Positions 40,869 through 56,731 of a stretch of 64,000 bases of DNA are shown here, piece by piece. Below the pieces are notes generated by a model, which saw only the letters and a program-made list of their open reading frames with translations, searched no databases and was not told where the DNA came from. Source of the DNA: Octopus vulgaris (lineage: Eukaryota); NCBI GenBank assembly GCA_951406725.2, contig OX597816.1, positions 107,880,001 through 107,944,000 on the forward strand, in the 5' to 3' direction. Position 1 is the first letter of the stretch, and each line of letters opens with the position of its first letter. The position numbers were made by a program, and so were the translations under genes.

Positions 40869-41088
40869 CGAGGGGTTCTGAAATATTCCCGGCTTTACAG
40901 GTATCAGGTATCGGTAAAAACTTGGTTGGAGGCCCAAACTTCCCTGTTTGGTTACAAGGCTTAGAAAATTGAAAGACTGCTGTAAAACGTGTGTGAATCC
41001 CAGAGTGGAATACGTTGAATAAAATCATAATTAACTGATCCTGTATTTTCTTTTACGCAAAGCCAGGAACGTTTTCTGCACCCCTTCA
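40869..41088 (+). mobile_element. Mariner-derived MITE
   Basis: TA|CGAGGGGTTCTGAAATATTCCCGGCTTT ... AAAGCCAGGAACGTTTTCTGCACCCCTTCA|TA inverted ends; residual transposase end CVNPRVEYVE*. Confidence 0.85.
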
Positions 41089-41655
41089 TATGTATGCGTG
41101 TGTGTGTGTGTGAGTGTGTGTGTGTTTGTGTGTGTTTGTGTGTGTGTGAGTGTGTGTGTGTGTGTGTTTGTGTGTGTGTGCATGTGTGTGTAAAGGTGGC
41201 TTATTTGAAACTACGTTTTTGGTTTCATTTGTTTCTTATTCTTACATTGCTTTTTCATAATTTTTACTTACAAACACACACACACACAAACGTAGACACT
41301 GGCACACACACGCATGCACGCACACACATTCTCACACACACTCACACACACACACACACACACTGACACATATATGTAGGGTATGAAAGGGATTACCATA
41401 CAAGCCGCGTCCTTCTGGACAACTGCGAATTCTGGCCCTACAGAATTGTATGTATGAAGATGTTTTATTTTCAAGGAGAATATTATACGTACAAGATGAA
41501 ACCCTCGGTCAAGTATATTAGTTACACGGTGAATCTGTGTGAAAGTCATCGATGGATAGCGAATTTGTAATCATGTAAGAATTGCCGATTTAAAACTTGG
41601 GTAAAAAATCTGTGTATATTTGTAGGTAGATATATGTATGCAAGTATATGTGAAC

Positions 41656-42044
41656 AAGGCGGCGAGCTGGCAGAAACGTTAGCACGCCGGGCGAAATGCC
41701 GCTACGTTCTGAGTTCAAATTCCGCCGAGGTCGACTTTGCCTTTCACCCTTCCGGGGTCGATTAAATAAGTACCAGTTACGAACTGGGGTCGATATAATC
41801 GACTTAATCAGTTTGTCTGTCCCTTCTGTGTTTAGCCCCACGTGGGTAGTAAAGAAATAGGTATTTCGTCTGTCTTTACGTTCTGAACTCAAATTCCGCC
41901 GTGGTCGACTTTGCCTTTTATCCTATCGGGGTCAATAAATTAAATACCAGTTGCGCACTGGGGTCGATGTAATCGACTTAATCCCTTTGTCTGTCCTTGT
42001 TTGTCCCCTCTATGTTTGGCCCTTGTGGGCAATAAAGAAATAAG
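41656..42044 (+). mobile_element. SINE family A dimer, young copy
   Basis: AAGGCGGCGAGCTGGCAGAAACGTTAGCACGCCGGGCG head and two well-preserved core units. Confidence 0.92.
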
Positions 42045-42585
42045 AGTATGAATACTGGTAGAAATATATATGTATATATATAGACAGATAGAAAAATGCA
42101 TGTATATATCTGTCTATCTATCTATAAAATATGTATGTATACACGCCTATGTTGGAACGAATGTATGCATGCATTTACTTGCTTACTCGCATCTGTATGC
42201 TTTAACTTATGTATGTGCGCATATATAACTGTTTGTGTGTGAATACGTGTGTTTATATACCCTTTACAGGTGATTAACCGGGTATGTTTTATATATTCTC
42301 ACTACTCCTTTAATGGCTTCTAATCATAATTTATTAATTAGATTTGTCCTTTCTGATTTTGTGAAGCCCAGCTTCTCAAGATTGCCGATGATGTAGTCAG
42401 TTACACAACACACAAACTTCCAATAATTACAAATAATTTCAGGAATGGCTCTAAAATTACAGTATATAACGATTCATAATTACTTATGCGTAGATATTTA
42501 TTTCTTTATATCTTTCATATGATTATGTTAACATCTGTTCAATAGCAAAATTCCTGCAATGGGTATACTTTCTTTTCTTCTGTAG

Positions 42586-42666
42586 ATCATTATGTCTGTT
42601 CTGCCGCACCAACATTTTTCAGTGGTTATGACAGGAACTATGCATCAGTACTGTTTCCTATTATGG
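42586..42666 (+). other. Candidate 81-nt symmetric internal exon
   Basis: Acceptor TTTCTTTTCTTCTGTAG, donor GG|GTAAGT, length a multiple of 3, open in phase 1 (HYVCSAAPTFFSGYDRNYASVLFPIM) and in phase 0. Confidence 0.45.
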
Positions 42667-45649
42667 GTAAGTATGTCTTGTATATTACTATAACCTATAT
42701 TGTTATCTTCGGGTTATCCTTTGTACAGATTGCAAATGCATCGTTTTTGCCATTGCATCATGTTTTATAGAAAGAAAATATCACGGTGACATTTTTTGTA
42801 CTGCTGATTATGATATGGTCACTACTCCTGTATTCATTATACACTATCTACATCGTTTGTCACATTTAGATAATGTACTTGCATTCTAATTGTTATACTA
42901 TAACAAATATTCTGAATTTAATTTCCTGCGTGGGATGGCAAAAGCTTACTTTTGAGTGTGAGTACAAATATAAAGGTTCTCGGTTACGATAGACTACATA
43001 GTAATATAGATGTACTGATGTTCATTCTGAAGAATTTTTCTGACAATAAATATGAATAGCCTTCATTTGATAAATAGGCAGTATGATGCTCTCTTCCTGT
43101 AGAATTATGCAACATTCATTGATATGCATCCTTGTTCATCGGTTAGAGAATACTTTGAAGAGTGTTTTTAGAACTCGAAGGATGCTATTCAATTCATGTA
43201 TATAGACTATATTCAACAATTGAATTCTATGCATAGTGGTCTTTAGATGTTCTTTCAGAAATATGATTATACAAATTCTTTTTAAATCGGTATTAAAACG
43301 CGGCTTCATTGCTTTCGTTTGGGTAGGGGTGGCCAATATTACGAGTGATATTGGCATTTCTGGTAGGAGTTAATAGTTTGAGGGGTTTTGACATCATAAC
43401 CCAGATCTCATACAGCATATAATGAAGTTGCCCAAATGTTGATGTGACTGCAGTAAACATTTGATAAGCTACTGTTCTACTGATTGTAGGAAACTCTAAG
43501 GTTCTCTCATTATACCTTCCCTATTAGGGTGCAATCCTATGATATATTTTCATTCATATATATATATATACTCGCAGCCTTCATCGCCCGATACATTTGA
43601 AAAAAATGTTGATTGTCTGACTCGTTTTGCAACGAGAAGCATTTATCTGAATCAAGTTCCAGCCTGGTATCCTTCGAGATTGTCGTTACCAGGTCAAAGG
43701 TGTTCTTGGTATCATTTATGTTTTAGTATCTACTTTCAGGTCGTCTAAAATGAAGCTAAATTTCAAGCTGGTGTGTCTGTCCTCCCCTGATCCAATCGTG
43801 TATTTTTCAAGTTCCCTCACCAAATGGATACAAGTGAGACAGTAGGAACAATAAATATGAATTCATTTTGTAAAAATGTTTAGTTGAGTATATTATATGC
43901 TATACATTTGTCTAAAGCTTTAGGGAATGATCTATAAATCATAGATGCTAAGATGAAACACGTGAGGTTTCTTGGCTGAGCATCGCAACTGTTTCTTTCT
44001 AAGAGAATTTTTATTTATTTTCATTTCGAAAACTTTTCACAAAGTGATTCTATAAATATTTTGGGATCGTCTAATAATATTTTCTCACTCAGGCAAAGAA
44101 TTAAGTAAACAATAAAATATTGTCAGAGGAAGATATACTCGTGACCGTACAAATTCTTTCAACAAATATATATAATTTCTTTTGATTTTTTTTCCTTTTA
44201 TGTAATATTATAATATTCTCTTAACGCAGTGCCAATCATTAGCTTCAGTTTTTCACCCGGTATTATGCGTTTTAAAGTATGTATAAAAACGGGGCTTTAT
44301 TACGAAAGAAACGATTTTCAGAAACGATTGACAATGATTTTCTTGAAGCATTCGTTACAAAAAAAAAATTAATTTTCTACTGTTCACTGAATTCATAGTT
44401 ATTTTGCTTACTTTTTACCCATTTTCTTTTGCACTGCGATTAGTTAACTAACACCAACGCTTAATTTCCGAGATAAAAGTACAAGTACGCAATTCTTTTT
44501 GTTAAAAAACGTAAAAACAAAGTTCAAGACAGTAGAATACGAGTGTCAAATACAATTAAGGTATATTGAACAATAGTGTAATAGTGTTGCAGATAGCTGT
44601 TTAATATGAAGTTTGTTATTTGCTTATTGCTGCAAAGAGTATGGTATAGCAGTAAGTACGTATGTGTAGTCGATGAGGATGGAATGCAGAAGCTTGTGGT
44701 TGTGCGTATGGGTGTGCAATGCGCCATTTCTAATCAAACGCCTGTTCGTCTTCTAACTTTTAACCGTAGGGCAATTTTTTAAAAGGAGTGATCGTGGATT
44801 CAGTGCCAAAATAAACAGAAGAGCAGACACACTGTCTTTTGGAATATTCATTTTGAAAGATTTATAACATCAGAAAAACTACTTACAAACAGTGATTTAA
44901 AATTGATTTATAAATTAGAAAAAAATATTTTCAAACAATATTTTTTAATTGATTTTAAGTTGTAATATATTCTGTAGTCATCATTGTCAGGGTAGTTTTC
45001 TGTAGAGATAAATGAGCGTTGAAATATTGTGTTGTGGCGGCAGTTTGCTTACATTTTTATCTGTTTCATCTGTAGTAGGTTTTGGTCGGTTTCGGATGCT
45101 TTCAGAAAATCGACCAACATTATAGGTTTTGAATAATTGCTTTCTGTGTCAGTAATTTTAGGATAATGAAAGATGAATATTGTCAAGGCTGCTTATTCGT
45201 CAAACTTCGTCCCAGTTATATATTACACGCTACATATTGGCAACAGATTGCTACCTCACGGTTAGATCTGGATTTAAATACTAGTTTGTTTAATACACCA
45301 TCTTAGAGAGCTTACACATTTCGTATTAATTTTGTTTTTGGCATTACTGTTATTCTTATCTATTTCAGTCTTGTTCTTACAAGCAAATCACTGTCCACGT
45401 GGTGGAAATTGTCATTTGCAATCCGGTCTGAATTACTTTAATTCGTTGAGTAAAGGGTGTTTCTTTTATTCATCTGGGCTGAATTGGTTCCGTATAATTG
45501 TAGTAGTAAAAGTCCAAACAGATTTTAAATGGTCCTGTACGCCTGCACTTTTGTTGTTGATGGCACAGTGAGCATACGTGCATGTGTATGTAAATATATA
45601 TGTTTATGTGTAAGTATGTATGTATGAGTATGAATATGCTTCTTTTTTA

Positions 45650-46192
45650 AAGTCATTCAATTGAGTATCTAGAAAAAATAAGTCATTCTGACTGGTTTAT
45701 GTCGTGCATTTGATAGATGGGTGAAAGGTGTTCAGAATTTTCTTAAATATTTGTAGATTATCATTTGATTTTTTCCAGAGAAAGCGTTTCCATTTCGCAA
45801 TGACATATTTCTTGAAATTTTGGTCAATCTTTTGCTTCCTCGTTAAAAATCCAAAATAAGGTTAGTATATGCAGTTACTAATTTCGTCCCCATAGCTGCG
45901 CCATATATATGCCGATGTTTTACCACGAAATTAAAAGGTTTTCTCCTCTTATCTTCTGTCTATGATTTTTCTACTTCTTCTTTGATTGCTTCAGGTCCCA
46001 AAGTGTAAGGGATATCGGTATACAGGTTACTAACATCATCCCTTTAAGAATAGTCCTTTATGGGATAGTGAGTGGGATGTATTTGCGAAAATCCATGTAG
46101 TCTCGTATATAGCTAGGTATTAATGGGCATAAGGGTTCAAAGAGCATATCTACAAGGTAACTTAATCGCTGTGTCTGGGATTGTGGCCAACA
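45650..46192 (-). pseudogene. Penelope-like element RT fragment (lineage 3)
   Basis: PQSQTQRLSYLVDMLFEPLCPLIPSYIRDYMDF, DVSNLYTDIP (motif A), GAAMGTKLVTAYTNL (motif B), WKRF, LNTFHPSIKCT. Confidence 0.9.
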
Positions 46193-46326
46193 CTGTATGT
46201 ATATATATATATCTTGGTAAAATAGAATGAATAGGAATCTTACATAAAGTATAAGTTAGTCATGTAACTTAACAGCTTGAGTGTGTACAATATTATTAGA
46301 CTACCTTCTTTTCTCACAGACAACAA

Positions 46327-46371
<45 letters not shown>

Positions 46372-46635
46372 CCTACCTATTAATTTAACTAAGTTTAGTT
46401 GCCTATCTATTTACTTGTCCGTTCCCATCGATTGATGAGTTTTTGCAATACTAATCATATCTGTATCTATCCTTCAATTAACCAATCAGAGAAACTTAGC
46501 ATAATTCTTTGAAGACGTCTGTCTCACATACACTCACCTTATTTTTCTCTGTCCGACTATCTAATAAATATGAAACATATATTATGTGGGTCAACCTTTG
46601 CCGTGTATGTGTGTGTATATACATACATACATACA

Positions 46636-46671
<36 letters not shown>

Positions 46672-47134
46672 TGCGTGCATGTATATTTTTGTCCAACTGT
46701 CAGCGTGTCAGTGTGTGTGAATATAAGTGTACGTATTTGTACATAAGTAAGTGTGGTGGAATTGTTACTGCTTCTTTCGGGTGAAGATAGTATAGTGAAG
46801 GAGGAGGTATAACTTACGACAGTGATATGACAATAATTTTAAAATCTATATCTGTCATCGGCTTACTTTTTTCAAGAAGATTACAAAAATCGCCGCACTA
46901 TATTTGAGAACTTCTAAGTAAGAGAAAGGAATTAAAATATATTATGTCTAGTGTATCTTTAAATAACTCAATATGTGAATTAAGAATGTGAAGACTACAT
47001 TTATATGCTCATATTTAGACGTTTAAAAGAATCTCCTGGCGCTGAGTTATAATGCGATTCAAATATTTCATCTAGTAGACTTACATCTTTCTTCATATAT
47101 AGATATATATATATATATGTATCTATATATGAGG

Positions 47135-47186
<52 letters not shown>

Positions 47187-47189
<3 letters not shown>

Positions 47190-47676
47190 CATACATACAT
47201 ACATACATACATACATACATACATACATACATACATACATACATACATACATACATACATACATACATACATACATACATACATACATACATACATACAT
47301 ACATACATACATACATACATACATACATACATACATACATACATACATACATACATACATACATACATACATACATACATACATACATACATACATACAT
47401 ACATACATACATACATACATACATACATACATACATACATACATACATACATACATACATACATACATACATACATACATACATACATACATACATACAT
47501 ACATACATACATACATACATACATACATACATACATACATACATACATACATACATACATACATACATACATACATACATACATACATACATACATACAT
47601 ACATACATACATACATACATACATACATACATACATACATACATACATACATACATACATACATACATACATACAT
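47187..47676. repeat. (ATAC)n microsatellite, about 490 bp
   Basis: Perfect tetranucleotide run. Confidence 0.98.
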
Positions 47677-47717
47677 GTATGTATGTGCGTGCGTATAGGT
47701 ATGTATGTATCACTGAC

Positions 47718-48039
47718 AACTGGCACTCCGTCTGTTTCGACGACGAGGGTTCTATTTGATCCGACAAATGGAACAGCTTGCTCTTGAGATTAACATGTAT
47801 GTTGCTGAGCGCTCCACATATACGCGCATACTTAATGTAATTCTCAGGAAGATTCATGGCACAGAGTGGGACAAGGCTGGCTCTTTGAAACACAGGTACT
47901 ACTCATTTTTGCCAGTTGAGTGAACTGCAGCAACGTGAAATGATGTATCTTGCTCAAAGACACAATGTGCCGCCCGGCATCGATCTCACGACCTTACGAT
48001 CGTGAGCCGAATACCCTAACCACTAAACCACGTGCCTTC
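47718..48039 (-). mobile_element. Chimeric SINE family D: tRNA/CORE-like head plus family C tail
   Basis: 47718-47899 matches 49737-49921; 47899-48039 matches 62065-62212. Confidence 0.85.
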
Positions 48040-48242
48040 ACACACATATATGTAGATGCGGTGACATATTTCTGTCTGAAATCCCAGACGAACCCACATC
48101 ACGGTAGGAGACTTGAAGAAGAGTATGTATGTATGTATGTAGGTGTGTGTATGTGAGTCTTTGTGACCGTGAGCCAAACACCCTAACCACTCAGCCATGC
48201 GCCTATACACATATCTACATTACATATATATACACGCGCACG

Positions 48243-48300
<58 letters not shown>

Positions 48301-49484
48301 TATAAAGGTAAGTCTAATGATCAAGGTGTAGGAGGTTAGTAAGCTTCGAACAGTCCGTTGAAGGTTATAAATCTTTCCCATATCGAATTTCGATAAGTTG
48401 AAAAAGTTATTTTATAGTTCACGATAAGCAACTGGGGTTGCTGTGTATACGCATAAAATCCAAATTCTGGAATGGAGCAGATAAAATCTAGGCTATATAT
48501 ATTTCTTATCTAGCAGAACCTACCTCGGAAATAGTAATTACCTAATTCTTGTAGGACAAAGTACAATGTAAAGGTTTCGTTATTTGCTCCGCTAGACAAT
48601 AGCCGTCAGTACAGAATATTCATTTATCGATTCTCATGTTTAAGAACATCAAGCAACTAATGTATCATGTGTCATCGTAGGCTAATTAAGTATTCATTTC
48701 TTACATTGTCATGTTATAGTTTGACGAGGAAAGGCTGCGCTCACACCTTTTGCAGGGCTATCGAGAAACGAGCAAGAAGGAACAACAATAAAAAACAAGA
48801 AACTCGTGTGTTACTTTTAGACCAGACACATACAAACATATATGTATACACAACACACAGCAGAGGTCACTGAACTGTTTCCATCTACCAAATTTAGAAT
48901 TAGAAACACGTAGTTAACCGAGAAATTTTTTTCTATTATCTGTTTCAACCGGAGACTGTGCCACCACTATTAGCGTTAATGCTTGTTTATTTTAGTCTCA
49001 CTTCTCTTTCCGGTTTTCGTAATCGGTCCTAGTGTAGCAGAAAGTTGTGGACAGCTACCTTTTTTTTTTCGCGTTTCTTTCCGTGATGTGGGCTAATTTG
49101 TTTACGACAAAAATTCGATAAATTGTTGTTTGAACACATCTACATTTACACCTCTTATAATTCTAATATATATATACATACACATATATACATGTTTAAG
49201 AATAATCGTCTTTCACGGCAGGTTTGTCATTGTTAAGAAAATAATTATTGAACACAAATCTTTAAAATCCGTGCTACTAGCCAGCTTCAGGTATTTTATT
49301 TCCTTATTTCAAATATATTTAATGATAGTTGAAGAGGTAGAAGGCGTTTTCACATAGCGAGATTTCATATCGGCAAATCTCGGGTTTGCTTTGTAACACT
49401 TAAGTTTGATTCAGCCAATTGGCGTATGGAACATTATGAGTTAGCAAATGATTGATGTGTATGTATAGTATGAATACATACGTT

Positions 49485-49538
<54 letters not shown>

Positions 49539-49736
49539 CACACATACATACATATTTTAGTTATTTTAATTCGCCCGATAACTTTCTGTAACTTTCATCC
49601 GATAAAAATAAAGTACAAGAAAAGAATGTATAAATATTCATCAACTGAATTCTATTTTCTGTTTGTTTATATATGCATATGCATATATATATGTGCATAT
49701 ATATATATATCTATGTATATGTGCATATATATATAT

Positions 49737-50116
49737 GGAAGCACTCCGTCGGTTACGACGACGAGGGTTCCGGTTGATCCGAATCAACGGAACAACCTGC
49801 TCGTGAAATTAACGCGTAAGTGGCTGAGCACTCCACCGACACATGTACCCTTAACGTAGTTCTTGGGGATATTCAGCGTGACACAGAGAGTGACAAGGCC
49901 GGCCCTTTGAAATACAGGTACAACAGAAGCAGGAAGTATGAGTGAGAGAAAGTTGTGGTGAAAGAGCACAGCAGGGATCACCACCATCCCTGCCGGAGCC
50001 TCGTGGAGCTTTAGGTGTTTTCACTCAATAAACACTCACAACACCCGGTCTGGGAATCGAAATCGCGATCTTATGACCGCGAGTCCGCTGCCCTAACCAC
50101 TGGGCCATTGCGCCTC

Positions 50117-50117
<1 letters not shown>
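49737..50117 (-). mobile_element. SINE family C, full length
   Basis: Reverse complement of 29610-29986. Confidence 0.92.
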
Positions 50118-50170
<53 letters not shown>

Positions 50171-50283
50171 GACGCCATGATAGATCGTTAGCCACTGCAC
50201 ACATTTTTTCTCTCCTTTTTGTCTATCCTTTTTTCTCTCCTTTTTTCTCTCCTTTTTTTCTCTCCTTGTTTTTTTCTGTGTAC

Positions 50284-50319
50284 CTTTCTGTAGAAGAGCG
50301 TAGGCTCGAAACGTAAAAG
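50284..50319 (+). ncRNA. Minimal type I hammerhead-like motif with variant core
   Basis: CTTT-CTGTAGA-A-GAGC-GTAG-GCTC-GAAAC-GTA-AAAG: stems I and II pair perfectly, GUA triplet, palindromic ACGT in place of stem III. Confidence 0.6.
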
Positions 50320-50408
50320 ACTTTTTCTATTCCTGAGCGTTATACAAATACATCTGTTTGTTTTGTACACCACCTGTCTTCGTCTTTTGATTTTTTTCGT
50401 AAACTTTC

Positions 50409-52086
<1,678 letters not shown>

Positions 52087-52204
52087 CAATCAATATAAGG
52101 GTAACAAAAAATTCAAGAAAAATTTTCTGTTTTTGTCACAGCGGTCAAGTGAGAAAATAGAAATAGTCACAGACTATATGATACATTCAACAAAATATTA
52201 AGGA

Positions 52205-52530
52205 ATGACCCTGAGAAGGTCGTTCGACTCACTTGAAAAGAGCAGCTAAGCTCAAAACCGCAAGAAATAGTAGTAATTCTGAAACTAGAGGAAAATAAAT
52301 ATCTGCCTCCTATTTTGGTGACTTTGCTGACGAGACAAGCCAAGCGTAAACGGATTTAATTTAATTTAATTAAATTTGATTGCGTGAAGATGTTGAAACC
52401 TTGCAGGGTACAAAGTTTGAAGGGGATAAATGTTTTTTATTTTCCTCTAGTTTCAGAATTACTACTATTTCTTGCGGTTTTGAGCTTAGCTGCTCTTTTC
52501 AAGTGAGTCGAACGACCTTCTCAGGGTCAT
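52205..52530. repeat. Perfect 95-bp inverted repeat with 136-bp spacer
   Basis: 52205-52299 is the reverse complement of 52436-52530. Confidence 0.95.
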
Positions 52531-52634
52531 ATATATATATCTACATACATATATATATATATACATGTATATACATACATAAATATATATATATATACAT
52601 GTATATACATACATAAATATATATATATACATAC

Positions 52635-52716
<82 letters not shown>

Positions 52717-54709
52717 GGGATGAAGAAAGAAATAGGCAATCTAACATAATACCGGGATTGAAGAATGCAGCAGATCCACCTTTGCATTTTGGGCAGCGTT
52801 CATTTGAAGAATAGTTTTTGCAGTTTACTACCACGGGTTCAGTGAAACAACTGACAATAACATTAGACTCAATGCACGACAAAATATTTGGCTCGTTTCT
52901 AATAAAAGTAAATTAATGTTCTACAATATGGGTCACTAATTCAGAAAATTATTAACTTCATACAGGTTAGCTTATTACATAACAAATTAATATACACCTA
53001 ATTTAACCCCATTCGGTTTGATTACATATTTCTTCCTTTAATACACATTACTGTCCACATCTCTTTTCAGTATTTGATATGTTTGTTGATTGTGACTATC
53101 GTTTGGTTGACCTTCCTGCTCAGTTATCGACTGTATTTTAGTCTTATAGAGAGATACTCAGCTGAGGTTAATGTTGAATAATTGTTAATGTCGTTGGCTT
53201 TTATATATTAAGGATTACTTTAGTTTCAGGAGAGTTTTTAATCATTTTAGCTTATAGTTCTGTTTGTTTAATATGGAGGAATTTATCACGTCACTTTATT
53301 ACCTCTAATGTCCATTTGTAATAATGATGTGTCTGTAAAGTTCACTTTTATAGATATTCTCCATTAGACACATGGCGAAGTTCCCAGACATTCTTTAACT
53401 GCATAATATAATTGGATGCGGAACTGTTATCGAGATATACAAAATTCATATATATTCTCGTAAAAAAAAAAACTGAACAAAACCGGAGAAATATACAAAT
53501 TTTTGTATCTATATCTGTTGCCAAGATCGGAGTCTGGAGTATAACAAATGGACTATGCCACTAAAACTTTTGAAAACTTCGGAGGATGTTTAAATCAGCA
53601 ACAACTTCAGTTTCACTTTTAAAATATATTCAAATCGTTTAAACTACGAAATGATAAACATACTTACATCAGGATCGTAATGCAATTCCGTAGTGCTGTT
53701 TGTAAAGAAACTGAATTAGTGACATGACTTGACTGAGCTGTCATTTTCTTGATAAATGCGTCGATTTGCTGCACTTGAGCCGCTTCGAACTGCGACTGTT
53801 TCAAGCATGCTTTTCACATCGCGGATCAAATGGTTCAAAGATATATTAAAACATAAATTGTAGTTGTTGTTGTTTCAATTGTTCAGTATGACATGTTGAT
53901 TTTTCAGTAGTCATTGACATGTTGATTCCCATCTGCAATTTGTTATACCTTTTTGCTGTGTGTGTTTGTATGTGTGTGAGTATTTTATTACAGCATGCCT
54001 TCTTTCCGTTATACTCAAGACTCTGACTTTCATGAATATATTAGTACCTAAAACTAATACATTCAGCGTGAGAACCACTACTCACTCAGTTATTACTTTA
54101 AATTAGCTTACAAAGCACACCACAAATTGCACACTACCTTCTTATATAAGAACATATTGTATGACATAGTCTGAGATATACTGTGATACTGTACTTGAAA
54201 AGAAGGTGTCCTTCTTAACTTTTGATCAGAACTCAACTCTGCTCACTGACTACCAAGTTGGACCTCAATATCAATAATGTGTAAATATTAATGATATCCA
54301 TCTACCTTGATACAAATCCCTCCAGTTCTTATAAGCTTAGTTTAAGGACCCTAATAATCTTTAACAAGCCACGATTATTTCATAATAAAAAGGAAACTTC
54401 GGTTCACCATCGCTCTTGGCATTATTCTATTATCTTTTAGTCAGGAGGATTAACCGGACTCAGGACCAGTTATAGGGCTTCCAAGACCTGTCACAAATGA
54501 TGGTGGAAAGGGGTGAATTGTTTAGAGGCTAAGTGCCAATGCGGTGGTATCCAGAAGAGTGGGACAGATAGTAGAGGCGGGCTGGTGTGTATGCATCGTG
54601 ATGCGTATCAGTTGATTTCTGGATTGTGTGAAGCTATGCATATTTGGGATGGTATGTATGTATGTATGTATTTATATATGTATGCATATATATATGAGCG
54701 TATGTATGT

Positions 54710-54987
54710 GAGGGCGCATGGCCTAGAGATTTGAGGCATTGCACACAAGATCACGAGATCGTGGGTTCGATTCCCTGATCGGGCGTGGTGTTGAGATCTT
54801 GAACAAAACACTATTTCACATTGCTTTCCGATCAATTCAATATCTCATGTGTGGTATTTTGTACATCTGTAGTAATGTCGATTTTATGAAGGAAGTGATC
54901 TAATGTACAACACAAACAAATCATCTGTGCACGTTATTCAGCAAGAAATTGCAGAACCGTCTTTCTCGGACTCCGAGAGTGTACCAC
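54710..54987 (+). mobile_element. SINE family E
   Basis: GGGCGCATGGCCTAG head, GGGTTCGATTCCC B box; colinear with 10687-10978. Confidence 0.8.
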
Positions 54988-55003
54988 TAAATATGTATGT
55001 ATG

Positions 55004-55037
<34 letters not shown>

Positions 55038-55161
55038 TGTATGTATGTATGTATTATGTGGATATTATGATATTATGTATAATGAAAATCCTATTTTCTT
55101 ACCCAACCAATCATATACGTAATATCTGTCATTGATTAATAATATTTCTCTTTTACTCACT

Positions 55162-55206
<45 letters not shown>

Positions 55207-56067
55207 CATACACTCTTCGGTAATTCTCCATATATTACATAATATCAGCTCACTAACCAATGGTTTGTTTTCTTTATCTGATTGATTTTTGCGACGGAGT
55301 GAATATACATATATCACCTAACAATATTGGACACGGTCCAACTTGTATTGAATATGAATATACATATATGTATGTGTTTGTGTGTGTAAATATACATACC
55401 GACATATGTATGTATGTATGTGTGCCTGTGCATAATATCGGAGAAACTACTAGAACACTGAATAGTATTTACAAAATACTTAATTTGGTACGTATTTACA
55501 CACGCGTGTGTCGGCGTGTGTGTGTACGTCTTTGTGAAATACCGAAGAAGGTCCTACAGCATTCAATCTAATTTCTCAAACTACTTTTATTCTGTTTCTT
55601 TACTTATCTTATCGTCTGGGAAAAAGATCAAGTATAGATTGTGTTATAATTCGAGAAATAGCTGGCATTGTATAACTTCTACAACAATTTTATACACTTG
55701 CTTAAATGATTCGATTTGTGAAATCCCGAAGTGATGTAAACAAAAAGATTATATAACAGGAAACATTCTCGAAGTTGTTGACATAAAAGAAAAATATGGA
55801 GGCTCGAACAGCTTACATTGTTTAAACTAAAATAATTTTGTAATACTGAGTCTGCTTAATATTACTTAATATTAAAAGCTGAAATATGTTTAGTTTCCAT
55901 GCTGCATATCACATTTGCCTTCAGATATTTAATTTCAGCTCATATCCTCATATTCTTCTCACTTGTTCTTTTTAATATTTGATGTATCATATATTTATAA
56001 ATATTCACATCTGCTTTATGTACGTCAGCTTTTGCATGTAAATAAATGTGTTGACATATGCATGCAT

Positions 56068-56130
<63 letters not shown>

Positions 56131-56615
56131 CATATATATATGAATATACAGATGTGTGTGTGAGTATGCATGCATTTATGTATGTATGTATTTATATATA
56201 TACACACAGGTACACTGACTCAGAGTTGCATACATAAAGACATGTATATGTGTGTGTGTGTGTGTGTGTATGTGTATATATATATACGCAAGCATACACA
56301 CTACACACACACTCCTACGCACACGCACACATACACACACATGCGCACGCATTAATAGGTTATCTCTTGATTTTCTATTGCCTCTTCCATTTTGTCTGCT
56401 GGGGCCAGGGAGGTAACTTAGGACAACGTTTAACCGCAGATATCATGAAAACGCTTATATTACTTCATCATTCTAAAATTTACAAATGTTCTCATGAATA
56501 ACGTGATAGGAACAGGAAACTTCCAAAAGCGACGAGGAAAGTGAAGAATCATCATAATCCACAAGCGATGAGAAATTCTTTTCTTCGTTTTCATATGCAA
56601 AGGTGTTAAATAATG

Positions 56616-56646
<31 letters not shown>

Positions 56647-56731
56647 GCATCCTTGCATGTATGCATCCATGTATGTATGCATCCATGTATGTATATCATT
56701 ATTAGTTTTATTTCAATATTTCCTACCACTG

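Noticed and set aside
41380-41575. About 65-codon open frame with Cys and aromatic residues
   Set aside because: No start codon, no good acceptor, no recognisable family
43136-43357. Possible fourth PLE fragment (KRICIII-like)
   Set aside because: Similarity too weak to call by eye
47001-47893. 193-256 aa MYVC/YIHT ORFs, and similar ORFs at about 11, 20, 21, 27, 30, 31, 36 and 57 kb
   Set aside because: Tetranucleotide and dinucleotide repeats, not proteins
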